Source: the human T2T-CHM13v2.0 reference genome, Homo sapiens. Taken from it: 64,000 nucleotides of DNA. The notes under the pieces were generated by a model. The model made no database searches. It saw only the letters and a list, made by a program, of their open reading frames with translations, and was not told the DNA's origin. The position numbers were made by a program, and so were the translations under genes. This document shows positions 1 to 12,795 of the stretch, in pieces; the stretch's first letter is position 1; each line of letters starts with the position of its first letter. The stretch lies in the NCBI RefSeq assembly GCF_009914755.1, contig NC_060936.1. One strand, given 5' to 3'.

Positions 1-141
1 TCTACTCAAGGGATTGAGTTCCTTGAGGCCTTCAGGAGCACTATGATGAGTCCTCTAAGTCTAGTATTGGCTGGAAAAAGCTAGAATTTCTAAGATTATT
101 TATCTGGAATACATTAGAATCAAAGAATTGGAATGCCTTTC

Positions 142-509
142 TATCTTAGACAGCTCAGGCTCCTGTTACAGAATACCATAGACTTGATGGCTTAAATAAC
201 AAATATTTATTTTTCACAGTTCTGGAGGCTGGAATTCTGAGATCAGGGTGTCAGTATTCGTGGGTTCTTGATTAGGGCCTTCCTCTTGGTTAAAGAAAGC
301 CGTCTTCTTACTATATCTTCACATATCTGGGAGAAAGATCTTGTATCTCTTCATCCCCTTTCAAGGTGATTAATCCCATCATGAGGACCCCACCTTCATG
401 ACCTAATCTAACGTTATTACCTCCTAAAGGCCCCATCTCCAAGTACCATCACATGGAGGATTAGAGTTTCACCATAATGAATTTTGGAGGATCATGTCCA
501 CTCATAGCA
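142..509 (-). mobile_element. MaLR solo LTR, MLT1A-like
   Basis: Typical MLT1 blocks: ggcttaaataacaaatatttatttttcacagttctggaggctgg, aatcccatcatgagg..ccaccttcatgacctaat, ending atagca. Subfamily from recalled consensus. Confidence 0.75.
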
Positions 510-1034
510 GCATCTTAGAGACCATATAGTTTAATCAATAAGAATTATATTTCTAATAAACTTTTAAAAATACATAGTCTTACAATTGGAATATTTTAAC
601 AGGAGAAGCTGAGATTTTAAAAGGTAACTGTACTTGTTTTAGGTTATACAGATTGTTAATGACAGAGTTAGGAGTAGGATCCCCATCTCCTGAGTCACAA
701 AAATCATGGAAAATTTATGTTAGAGGCAATACCTATGTTTATAGCCTACCTGAATAGTACTTTGGGGTAAACACACTTACCTTAATGCAGTACACACACC
801 CCAGGACCTAGCAACTTCACAGAAATTTATTTCTCGTATGTGATCCATTTTCTTTCTTTCCATCTTCTAACAATCATAATTATATACTTCATATTCTTAA
901 TGTAAATAGTTGAATCTGTTTCTGCTTTTTAAGTCACTTTTCATTGCACAGCACCATTTGTTAATTATTTTTTCTATGTCCATAATCCTTAGTAAATGAT
1001 CTCACAATCTGAATTTTAAAATATATAACAACAA

Positions 1035-1225
1035 CAAACACATAGTGCTTATTTTATGACCAGGCACTGTTCTAAATGCTTTAGATACATTAACTTTCTT
1101 TATATTTACTCCTACCCTTGGAGATAAATAGCCTTCATTTGATAGAAGATAACATTGAATCAGAATCTCAGCATCCCACAGCCAGCGAGTGGTAGAGCTG
1201 GACGTAACCCCAGTGAGTCTGAAAG
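1035..1225 (-). mobile_element. MIR SINE remnant
   Basis: ccaggcactgttctaaatgcttta...cacagccagcgagtggtagagctgg matches the MIR core. Boundaries approximate. Confidence 0.55.
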
Positions 1226-3769
1226 TAGTCTCTACATTATTACATTTTTGGTGTTATAGATGAAATAGATATGCATAAATACAAATTATGATACAAGTGT
1301 GTAACCAGTTAGCCAAACTTGCTTATCTGTATAATGAAAACATAGGCTAGAATGATACAATAGTTATTTGACGGAAGACACTCGTGTTCTAAGTTTAGTC
1401 TTTAATTTCAGCTTAAGGCAAAATATAAGAAGTTATTTTCTTCCTCTTAGAGAAAATTAATCCTAATTTAAGAAATAGTAGTACTATAACATATTTGTGA
1501 ACAAACTTCAGATATGTAAACTATTGTGAGCATTAAAGATGTCATTTGGAAGCTTTGATTTGAAAGAGACTTGCATGACAGGTTTAACCCTGTAACACAC
1601 GTTGTTCAGTGCAACTGAATGTGAAATTTTGAGAATCAGCCACTTTAGTTATAGGGAATTTTCAATGTTAGAAAGTTAGTCTTTTACATGAAAAAAAAAA
1701 TTCTAACTCAAGTCAATCCACTTAGTTCCACCACTGGGGCAAAACTGAACAAATTTAATCACTCTTTCTTATGTCTTAGCTAAAATTCACTAAGTCTTTC
1801 TTACAACCATGCTTTAATATGATGTGGTTTACAAATCCTTTTTGCCTCAGCCACAGTACACAAAATAGCTTCATATTATTATTCTTTCTCTATAAAAATA
1901 GTTTCCAGAGCTCTTCTTAATTCTCTAGATTTCTTCGTATTTCAGTGTATTTTGAAGATCTGGTCTTCCTTGATGTGTGACTGCTTCATTTCTGTTAATG
2001 TAATATAAGCTAATTTTTTAAGCTTCCTTAGCAACTAAGTCATGCTGTAGACTCAAAAATATCCTCAGAGCTTTATTGTTTGAACCCCATAAGCTTTGTT
2101 TTTCTTCTCTATATTTTTTAACTTTAATTTGCAATTTTGGGTTTGCATCCATTAATTTAATCCTATCATGCTACCTTTGCCCAAAATATCTGCATCCCAA
2201 TTGTTGTGGTATTCTAAAGATTTAGATGGCCAACCTAGGAATGCATAATTTGTAAAACACAGTAAGTACAAAATATATATATTTAAGTTTTTGGTGAAAA
2301 TATTGGATAAAGGTACACCTTTAATGGATGATACCTGAAGAAATTTTTTAAAGTGATTTACAGGATTCCATGGTGTTCACCTCTAGAACTAAATAGTTGC
2401 ATGACGTACCATAGAGACACTTTTATATCCTATATGGTTTGCCTCAACTGTGATCCAGTAGTTAGAGATGCCCAAAGAAGCTAATATACCTTAAATGAAA
2501 CAGTACATATAGATCTACTTTATTTCATAAAAGCAAAAATTAGTAAAGTTTCTTTAGTTTATTTGCCAATATTTATGTTTCTTTTTAAGTTTTAAGCTAA
2601 ATATTCAAAGTTTTATTAACCTAAAAAAGAATGCAAGATTAAAGGGCATTTCTACTCAAAACAGAGTAATTGGTTATTTAGATTTTGCTTAATTCAACTC
2701 AATTCAATTATTAAGCAATTCCTAATGTGGCAAAAGAGTGGCTGTGTACCTCTCCCCAAAAATAGCATATATGAATCAAATACAGTGTAAAATAAAAAAT
2801 TTCAAGAATATTAATCAGAAATGAACCCAAAACAAGTCCTTTTTAAATACTTAGTTTATAGTAATTTTAATATTGCAAAAAGTGTTTGAAACCTCACAAA
2901 GAAATGGAAATAAATGTATTCTTTAAAGCCTTTTTTTTTTCTTTTGGTAACTTAAAAATACTTGTTTAGTGGAATGGCAGGAAACATTTTAATTGCTTAT
3001 TATATTTGAACTGTATTAATAAATTGTGCGTTCATGAAGTTTTGTGAACTGAGAGAGCAAGTGTGAAGGTAAGAAAGTGTTTAATTTTTTTAGGATTTTA
3101 TAACGAGGGTCCATTTGGGGGCATCTGATGTTGGAAACTGAAAGATGATGTAATCCCATGAGGTCTCTGAGGCTTTTCAACAGAGGTCTTCGGATGCCCA
3201 GGGCGCCACCCTGCTAGAGGTAATGCATCAACTTTGTTTAATAAAAAGGACATAAAATATCCAGTAAAGGTTAAGAATTTTTTACTGTGTGGAACAAGAT
3301 CTTAAGAAGAGACATTACCGTGGCCTGGCATTGAAAATATTGGCAGTCAGGCTGAAACCTGGCTTTTTTTTTTTTTTTTTAAATCGGGGGAGTGGATCAT
3401 TACTTGTTGAGGACAGGTAGTTAAAAGTGAGGTATGAGCTACTTTCGGGCGCTCCCCCCACCCCCAATTTGTCCCCCCAAGTTTGTGTGTGTGTGCAGGC
3501 GTGCTCTTTTTACTGTCAGAGAGTTACATGTCTCTTGACTAAAGTCGAAATCTGCCGCATTTTGTGATATGGATTAATTCTGATTGCCAACATGTGAAAC
3601 AAAAAGGGCACTGTCCTTACCAAGGGACGGCTAGATGATCCATCTGCCAACATCAATATTTGGAGGGAAAGCTTAAAATATGCTGTTTTTCCAAGGGTTA
3701 AACTTTAAAGGGGTGAAAACACAACTGATGAAATGTTAGCATCAAATCGGTTAACCACTAACTCCTTTC

Positions 3770-4330
3770 CATATTCGTCGTCGAGGCTCTTTTAAGTTTC
3801 CATGAGAAGCGAAACTTCATTCTCTTTGCTCAGAATAGAGACTCCTCCACCTATGCGCGTTTAACCACAGAGTTGTTCTTGATTGTAAGGGACTTCGCCC
3901 ACTTGGTTGAAGTGGAGAGCCGGTCCTCATTCCAGACGTCCCGCACGGCAGTCGCTCATGGCTCCCTCCAGGCCGGGAGCCAGGAAGGTGGTCCTTCACC
4001 GAGGTGCGCACCAAGCGGCGGTCCACCCAGGCAATGGGGTGCACCAATTTGCCTCCAAAAATTTGCTGCGCACACAACCTGTTCACAGTTCCTGATCAGA
4101 AAGGGCTAACGAGATGTCTGTCTACAGCTGTCTCTGGGCGAGGGCGCAGGCTTTGGGAAGTGGTTCAGCGCGATCGGGGACACCGCTTGCAGCCCTTGGT
4201 CCTGCACCCCTAGGAGGGGTGTCCCACAAGCTCGGCTTCCCTTTTGCGAGCCACAGAGAGCTTTTTGTTCCGAAACTCTCATTACGACAGATAGTATTTA
4301 AAACTCATCAAAATTCGCTTCAGAAATCTG
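3770..4330. promoter_or_regulatory. Small CpG-rich island ~6.3 kb upstream of ALX1
   Basis: Abrupt rise in GC and CpG content in AT-rich surroundings, with no recognisable repeat. Confidence 0.6.
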
Positions 4331-7221
4331 TGTTGCTCGGGATAGGCAAGACAGGTTGGGAGGAAAAAAGGAGTGAATATTAATCTTTACCTTTCTCTAA
4401 AGTTCTTTGATGATTTTCGAAATAAAGGGGCTGGCGCTCTCTCCTCCCTCTTTTTTTCTCTCTGAATAATCCTTGATGTAATAAATGTGTTTGTGTTTTT
4501 CCTCTTTCTGTTGAACTTATAAAACACCATGACAGAGGATAAGCTAGATTTCGAGACGTTTTCATGGCCACAATGAGATGCATTCTAAGCTCAACACCTT
4601 GGGGTCCAAACCCTAGCCTCTTGTCCTGATATAAAAGGTATCAATGGGCACGGAAGGGGCACAGTAGGTGGAGAACTTACGGGAGGCCAATCTACTTCAC
4701 TCCTTCGACTCTCTTTGATTTTGTATATTGGCTATACTCTGGTCGGGTTTGATTAATGACCACGGACTTCACATTTACGTTGCATAATTCCAGTCCAAAG
4801 GAGAAATATCCATGATTTTGTCTCAGTTATCTTTACTGAGATTTTTCTTTAAGGAAGTCTTTCCCTGAAATGGGAAAGCTCAAGGAGTGAATACGCACGC
4901 ACATCTTTTTGAAAATAAGCAGCCCTGTCTTTCAGACATACCTAGTAACTCAGCAGGAAAAAAATGTATTTAAATATATCGAGTAGAAGTTTAACAATTC
5001 ACTTATCAAACAAAATAGTGGAAAAACGTTTTAGAGACATGATTAATAGTTTAATAGTGAAATACCAGTCTATGAATTGAATACAGTTTAACTTACTTAT
5101 GCACTTCTATATGTGTCATAGAGGAAGTCTAGCGTTAACGGTCTTTATTATGTTCAGAACTTCCTGGAAAAATGACGACAGCCATAGAAAGAAATAAAGG
5201 TGACTAGATTATTGCAGATAAATTATTTTTAAAGTTTGGAATAAAATACATTTTATAGTAAAAGCAAACAATGTCTATTGTAATGTGCACACATATGCTA
5301 GATAAATCAAGATATTTGCACCAAGGTCAAGGAGTCATACTGTATTTTTACATTTAAATTGGATCCTTTAGGAGAACAGAAGTTTATTTCTCTCTCTTTT
5401 AAGAAAACACAACTGTGTGAAAAACTATTATTGAAACACATTGGTATTCAGAAACAAGTATCACTTTTTGAAAAAACAGAAGTTTATGAAACACCAAAAC
5501 ATTTAATAATATTATTACAATAAGTGTAAAAATTTAATTCATCATACTGGACAGCTTTGCAGCAGCATACTTTAAAGACTTACAACATTGATTAACATCT
5601 GTGTAATTTTTTTTAAAGGCAGAAACTTCAAAAATCTCACAAAGTTACACTTTTGTCTGTAGGTGTGTTTTCTGGAGTAGATGATGGTGGATTGGGCATA
5701 TATTTTAAAGAAAAGCCTAAATATTTCTTTGTGTGTCCAAATATTTTTATTTTGATGAAAACCTCTTGAGCTGCTTTGATGCAAAATATATTTCAGTATC
5801 TGTTATGTCTGCAGAGCTGTGGGAAGGCTGAAGATGAAGGCAGGGAGGGAAAACAGCAGCAGAGCACACAAAAACACGAGGCCACCTGGCATCTTGCCAT
5901 GCTACATGACATTCAATTATTTTAGTACTTTTTCATGAAAGTTTCTCTCCACCAGCTCCTCCCCTCTTCAGACCATTGCTCTTCTACATTTGGCATAGTT
6001 CGCCTGATTCAGCACACATTTTTTTCCTTGCTCTACTTACAATAAGCCTCAAACTCTCACTGCAAAAAGGAAGTGCTAAGACTAAAATCCTAGCAATCCT
6101 ATCTTGACATTCCCACTATTAGTATGTAAGTGTGACATTTCTCTCAATAAGTCGAAATCAGAAGAAACTAGAGTGGTCTATACATTTATTCTACCACTGC
6201 TTTAATGCTGCATATGTAAATATTTTTTTCATTTCCCAAAACATATTTTCAAAGGGATGACTGGCTTTAAAAGCAGCTTTTAGTCTGTGAGGTTTTTTTT
6301 TTCTTTTTTAGTAAAATGAGTCAAGATGCCTTAACCTGCGAATCCTTTATCTGAATTTTACTTTCTAATAAAGCACTACTTTGGGGGTGGGGGAGGGTCA
6401 AATACTCATTTCAATGGACTTTCTAATAATTTTAACTTCTTTGATTATTTTAATTCTAGGCTCTAAATGGGAACTAAAAAAAAAATACTTTAAAAATATC
6501 CCAAATCACTGTTTGGGAGAGCTGCCACCTAACAACAACAACAAACTGGTCGCAGGAATAATATTAGATGTCACTTCAAATGGTAGCATCAGTCATCTTT
6601 ATCTTCACAAAATAGCTTCCCCCTCTCTGTTAGGATCCCATGGTGCCAGAGGAATGATCAAGTTTGCTCCAACACATCTCAATTACTAGAGGAGAAAGTT
6701 TTTCAGAGAGGCTGAGACTTGAATCTGTAATAGCCTTGTTAACCCTCATTATTCCTCCTGATCCCCGCCCTACACCTCACCCACAGGCACTGCTCCTCAT
6801 CCCCATCAAGAAGATGTGAAGAAGCATCAATACGCAGTGAAGATCCAAAAGTGCTGAAATCCTAGGATGTCCTAAATTCTGTTAGGTTTTAAAAGAAATC
6901 AATGACTCCCCACCTCTGTTGCTCTCCTACCTCCTCTCTCACCCCACCACTTCCTGCAAGTGTTAGTGCCCATCGAGAAAGTTCAGATCTGAAGGAAGTA
7001 AATCAGAAAAGGATGCACAGCAGCTTATTCTAGTTAGATATCTTGACTGACATAAAAGAAGGAAAGCTGAATCCTGGGTTTATATCCTGAATATGGAAAA
7101 AGATGAACAATACTCTCAAAGGCAAAATAAGTGGGTAAAGAAGAAAACTGATGCCTGGGGTTGATGGGCTGAGGCCCCAGGAGATAAAACCCCAACTAGA
7201 ACCTGACCTAATAAACTGGAT

Positions 7222-7304
7222 CATATATATATACATATATATATACATATATATATGTATATATATATGTATATGTATGTGTGTGTATATATATATATGT
7301 ATAT
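7222..7304. repeat. Compound (TA)n/(CA)/(TG) alternating purine-pyrimidine microsatellite
   Basis: catatatatatacatatatatatacatatatatatgtatatatatatgtatatgtatgtgtgtgtatat... read directly. Confidence 0.95.
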
Positions 7305-10295
7305 GGCGAGCTGATTACCCCTCAGAACACACTTGCCCCTGAGGCCTGGGCCAAGCTGACTTGCTGGAATTGAGGAGGACTTTTAAAAGCTGTGGTGGTA
7401 GGAGCCAAGCTGGATCTGGACGGCTGAAAGCATTTATCAAAGTACTGTGGCCAATTTCCAAGAAGGCTATCCTAAAAGCATTGGTGGAAAAAGCCCAGGT
7501 AGATCTCAGGGAAAGTGAGACCATCTCCAATGTAATTTCTTCTCCCTTCTTGTGACTTTTAGAAATTATTGAATTATTATTGTTTTGATTAGTATTATTT
7601 TCAATGTATTATTAATGCCCCTATCTCTAGAGCTGTGTCATAACCATAAACTCCATCTCAACCTCTCAAAATTCATGTAATGCAGCTGTTGGCAACCAAA
7701 TACCCAGCTTCTTGCCAAAAACTGCAGATTAAACATTCGTTATGGGAGTTTGCCATTAGCTGTTTCCTCTGTTATGGGCACATGTGGTTACATGTCACAA
7801 AACACACGGGATTCTGTGTAGTATATTTGAGTTTCCAGGGAGCTCCAGGGATATTATGTTGGTTTGGTGACACCTTACACCCCACCCCTTCAACCATTAC
7901 CATCAAAAGTGAGTTTTGGTAATGGGGCAGAAACGGGTTTACTAGACAGCTCTTGTCCTTGGCTACGCTGTACTTTTCTCTATGAGTTGGACCTTTATTG
8001 GCATACAAGTATCCTAGAACTTGTATCACATGTCTTTCATTTAAAAGACACGTAATGTTTTTCCGGAAATTTAGGGCTTTTAAGACATATATTTATAAAC
8101 AAGCTGACAGAGCTCTACAAGATAACTTGGTTGATAACTAGTTTGTATATTTCCTCAAGTCAGCAATAGGTGTTGTTGTTGCTGCTGTGAATTTTTGTAA
8201 AACATATTAAACGACCATTTTCTTATCTTTCCCGTGTTTAGTAGAGAAAGTCAGACTTTCAGGATACCTGAAAATAAGAAGGTACCGAAGGGGATAGGAA
8301 AGAATCGAAAATGGCTAACCCAACAGGAGTGAGTGAATAACGCAACACTCAACGTTTCCACAAGGCTGCCCGGGGGCCCGCTGGAAAGTGTCCAAAGAAC
8401 GCAGAGCTGAGGCTACTGCTCACGCAAGGTCGGGATGCTACAGGACACTTTAAGAAGAGCGTTTCAATGGCTTCTTCCGACACCTCACTCTCTCCCCCTG
8501 GGCCTGACCTCAGAATGCCAGGTTGTCTGGTTTGGAGTTCCTGCGGCCCGACGCAGCCTGGCTTCCTGCTGAAGCTCAGTCCCTAGTGCTTTTCTTTGAC
8601 CTTGCTCCCCTGAAATTTAACAATCTGCAGTTGGTTCTTGCAGCACTGCTCTGGAGAGAGTAATAATAATACAGCAGAAGCTAGTTAGTCCCAGGAATAG
8701 TGTCCACTTGCCTGAATCTGAGTGCGCGCTCAAGGCCACACTGAGCGCTGCGCCATGTGAACTAAGCTTGTGCGCCTCCTTGGGAGAACAGTCTGGGTTG
8801 GACTTTGGCCGGGCGAGCAAGGCTGCTGCTGCCAGCTGATCTGCTCGGGATCCGCCGGTCGGATCTGGGTGCTTAAGGCCGACCCTGCCTTTCGCGCAAC
8901 GCTAAGGAGCAGCTCCGGGGTGCACAGCCCTCCCTGATTGTTACTCTCTGGCTGAGGCCTGGTCAGGTCTCGAAGAAGGTCTCACCAAAGAGGCGTGGGT
9001 CAGCTAAGACCCCCGCAGAAGGTGGAAACTCTCAAACCCATCAGCATGCCCACCACAGCTGGGCTTGGCCTCACCATCCTCAGAGTCCGGGCTGCTCGGC
9101 CTGCCCGAGGCCTCACCATAATTGCCAGACTTGTCTGGGGAAACGCGACGGCCGCTGTGAGTGCCAGTGTTGACAAAGGCTGTGTCAGGACGTCTAAGCA
9201 GAGGCCTACCTGGACCAAAACCTGTCTGGCTTATTTTCACCAAATTTGCTAGCTTAGGGTGCCTGACGCAAATGCGATTTTGTGCCCAGGGCACCGAACG
9301 CATTTCCCCCAAGCGCCGCGGGCTCCTAGGAAGCCAAGAGTCGTGCCAAAAGTCACACAGAAGGGCTTTCAACCTAGCAGTGCTGTCCTGCCTGCCCTAC
9401 CATCCCCTCTGGTGGAAATGGAGGCCTTGGACCTGTCCGCGCCCAGGACGCCGCGCCGCGAGTGCCCGCAGCTCCGCGCGCTCACCACTCACTCCCAGAG
9501 CGCTTTTCGGAGTAACTCCACAGCAACTCTTTAAAATTAAAAGTAATTTCTGTAAAAATATGCAGACATTCCTCTTCTTCATAAACCCCTATTTGTAACA
9601 ATCCTCACTTTGGCATTAGAGTAAAAGCCTTTCAAAGGCACTGATCCTAACGGGTTTTCTTAAAATAATTTGGGTCTAATGATAAAATCGTGGACCAAAG
9701 GGAAGGGTGGCGAAGAGGGTGTAGGGAATTGGTTGGCATTAGTATAATGGCTTCATTGCCTCTTGCTCGGCTTCTCTCTCCCACCCATCGCCACCGCGTC
9801 CACACTCCGCCGCATTCCAGAGAAAAAGAAAAGGCCACGGCCTCGTAAAGCTCCCAGCTGGCCCGGACCCCGAGCTCCTCCCGGTTAGAAGCCGAAGCGG
9901 CCCCTCTACTACGGCGGCTGCGATTAACAGTTGCCAATGCATCTGGTTCCTTGGGCTTCGGATTAATGTGAATCTTCCACGTAAACGATTTACGGATGAA
10001 ATAAAAGCCTTTTAGAGCAATATTTCCTTTCAAGTTCTTAAGACGCCTCTAAATCTTTCTGGTAGTGAGTGGCCGGCATGGGGGCGGGGTGGGGACGGGT
10101 GGCTCAGGAAGGCGCAGGCAGTAGGGAGTGGAGGTTTAACTGCTTTGCGATCTCACCAAGATCTTCCGAAATGCCAGTCCACTGTCACGGCGGCAATGAA
10201 TCTGGGTGTCAGGGGCTCGTCTCTCCTGGCATTTGTCTGAAATGGAGCTGTCTGTCTGTCTATCCTAGGCCTGGACGCCCTCTGCCCGGGTAAGT

Positions 10296-10421
10296 GGGGA
10301 AAATGGGGGTGGGGTAGGGGCGGAGGGGGACCTGGGGTGGAGTTAGTCGCCCGCCTATTTTCATATTCATTAGAACTGGGAGGCTGCCCGAGGAGGCCAG
10401 CTGAGTTTCAAGATATAAAAG
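10296..10421 (+). promoter_or_regulatory. ALX1: ALX1 core promoter: G-tract/GC box and TATA box
   Basis: GGGGCGGAGG at 10317-10326 and TATAAAAG at 10414-10421, predicting a TSS near 10445, ~160 nt before the ATG. Confidence 0.65.
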
Positions 10422-10607
10422 CAACTTCGGGTGCTCCTTTTCCAGCCGGGACGTATTAAAGGGACCGGAGCGGGGCAGTTCCCGACGCCGCAGCGCTCGC
10501 TTTCCCTTCCCTCCTCTCTGGCCCTCCCTCCTCCCACCCACTGGCTCCCTCCCCCAGCGCTCTCCAGTTTCTGTGCCCCAGGAGCTACGCGACAGTCTTC
10601 CAGGATT

Positions 10608-10833
10608 ATGGAGTTTCTGAGCGAGAAGTTTGCCCTCAAGAGCCCTCCGAGTAAAAACAGTGACTTTTACATGGGCGCAGGAGGTCCTCTGGAGCACGTT
10701 ATGGAGACGCTGGACAATGAGTCCTTTTACAGCAAAGCGTCTGCAGGCAAATGCGTGCAGGCCTTCGGACCCCTGCCCCGCGCCGAGCATCACGTGCGCT
10801 TGGAGAGGACCTCGCCCTGTCAGGACAGCAGCG
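10608..10833 (+). CDS. ALX1: ALX1 coding exon 1 ([21 protein letters not shown]...CQDSS)
   Basis: ATG in strong Kozak context (attATGG). Recognised ALX1 N-terminus. Donor G|GTGAGT at 10834. 226 nt, phase 1. Confidence 0.97.
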
Positions 10834-12599
10834 GTGAGTCGCTAGCGCCCCAGCCGGAGCCGCCGCAGCCCTTCCGCAATCGAAAATGCAGGATCGGTCT
10901 GATCAGGCAGGGAGGGAGAAAGGAGAAAAGTGGGAGCGAGGGACCTGGAAGGTGGAGGAAGGTAGTGGAAGGTGCTCGCTTTATGAAGCGGTGTTACTGC
11001 TGCTGCAGCCTTTGGGGGCGGAGGGCGGAGGGAGGGAGAGATCCAGCACCGGGTTGCCTCTGAGCGATTCTCCTTTCGCTGTAGGGTCTGGTCGCCTACG
11101 GATCCCTGAGTCCTTCTGTAATATTGGTTCCTGGAGTAAACTGATAGGGCGCTAAATAGAGCGTAATTGAGTCAAGACAGAACGCTTCCTCTGCGAGCCC
11201 GCCTTGCAGTCCGGGCGGTAGGAACTGAAATCGATCACAGCTCGTTAGAGTACGTCACTGTCGTCACGAGTAGGGAAAAAAAAACCGGAAAACAAAAACA
11301 AAAAACAAAAAACCCTTTGAGCTCCTTTAGGTAAAGATAAATCTTTTTAATTTTCCAAGACGTGGCGATATATTTTCAAAGTTTGAGGATCCCTAGATTT
11401 CTAGCGTGTGTGAATTTGTAATTTCTGCTTTTTTTTGCGTTTGCAATACAACACGCGTTGAATGTTTGTTAAACACTAAAGCACACTAAATAGCTTCGGG
11501 CAAACCATCCCCGGCCTAATCACTCATTCCCAGATTCTACGTTTTGTATTTTTATGACTTCACATTAAAAGTCACCTAAGGAGTCTTTGGAATGCTTCTG
11601 GGTGAAATCTTCAACTTTGAATGCCCAAGTATCTCCAAGTCAAAATGTTATCAAAACAAACCATCTATCTTTTCTATCTTGTAACCTAATACTAACCTAT
11701 TATTTCAGATCGCGACAGCTAAAGCACGTTTACAATTCCAAGAGAACTTCTCCTTATCATTGTATATATTCCACAGTTAAGCTATAAGGGGCGGGTTGCT
11801 TTAAAATAACAAACGAATTAAGTGTGAAATATTTACAACAAGCCCCCTGCCCCCTATTTTATAGAAATTCAAAATCTGACAAAACACTGGCCTGTAGAAG
11901 CTCATTTTCTAAATATTTTGAACACAAGTTTTTTTCTTTTATTAATCTCATATTTAACTAATTTTATTTAACGTTGCAAGTAACTTTTGACTAAGGGTAA
12001 ATCAAAAATAAAGGTGCAAATGATAGAGAAAATAATCAGCTAAGTCGTTTCAGTCATTTATTTAGAAAGATTCGAGCGTATACTTTTTGTTATTCTTACA
12101 CTGAGTTGTTGGTTTTCTGGCTGCGTTTCAGACCTGGTATCTGTATTTGTGGAATTCTTAGGTGCATGCCTAACGTTATTTGAATTGACAGGTCTTTCTT
12201 TAATGATTCTGCAATGTCTTGTATTGACTCTGGATGGACTTGATCATAATATTTTATTTTGAATAGTCGAGAATCCAAAATAAGAGACATAATTGATGCG
12301 TTATCAACTTTTAAACAAATATCACACTATTAAGATGAATTATAACAAAGAAGTGTTAAGGAAGATGAACATAGGCAGTCATCCGCTTAATTTAGGAGAG
12401 ATCCTGTCTTTCTCTTGAGATGCCCTTAGCCTCTCTGATGCTTCCCCTCCCCCATCCCTAATTGCTGCAGTTCCCCCTTTAATTTTGCCCAAGGAGATAG
12501 AACCGTTTGTTAATCAGTCATGGCTCTTCTTTATATTTGGTTTAACATCACATCTTCGTTTGCATGAAAACCGTTAATTTAAAAAATTTGTTATATATA

Positions 12600-12795
12600 T
12601 ATATAGACAAATTATAGTTGTATATATTTATGGGGTACAAAGTAATGTTAAGTTTTTTTAATGCAATGTGGAATGATTAAATTACGTTAATTGGCCATCA
12701 CCTCAAATATTTGACATTTTTTATTATGAGAACATTTTTGAGAGTTACTCCGTTAGTGACATTGAAATGCACAGTACTCAATTATTAGCTATTGA
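12600..12795 (-). mobile_element. Old L1 (L1MA-type) 3' end fragment
   Basis: gttgtatatatttatggggtacaa...tgtggaatgattaaat...catcacctcaaata...tgagaacattt resembles the reverse complement of an L1MA 3' terminus. Confidence 0.6.

Larger units (their letters stand above)
8330..11460. promoter_or_regulatory. ALX1: ALX1 promoter/exon 1 CpG island domain
   Basis: About 3 kb of GC/CpG-rich sequence over the promoter, exon 1 and 5' intron 1, with a short AT-rich gap at ~9530-9700. Confidence 0.8.

Noticed and set aside
3817-4383. ORF cluster in the upstream CpG island
   Set aside because: Short, overlapping on both strands, with no homology recognised.
7050-7555. Purine-rich stretch with a faint integrase- or pseudogene-like look (KKMNNTLK)
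   Set aside because: Too short and interrupted by stops to assign; needs tblastn/Dfam.
8617-10293. Many overlapping 60-145 aa ORFs in the promoter CpG island
   Set aside because: Expected in GC-rich DNA; no recognisable domains or exon structure.
10431-11063. 210-aa ORF extending ALX1 exon 1 on both sides
   Set aside because: The GTG start lies before the predicted TSS and the 3' part is intron 1 read-through past a strong donor. No good near-cognate start context for an N-terminal extension.
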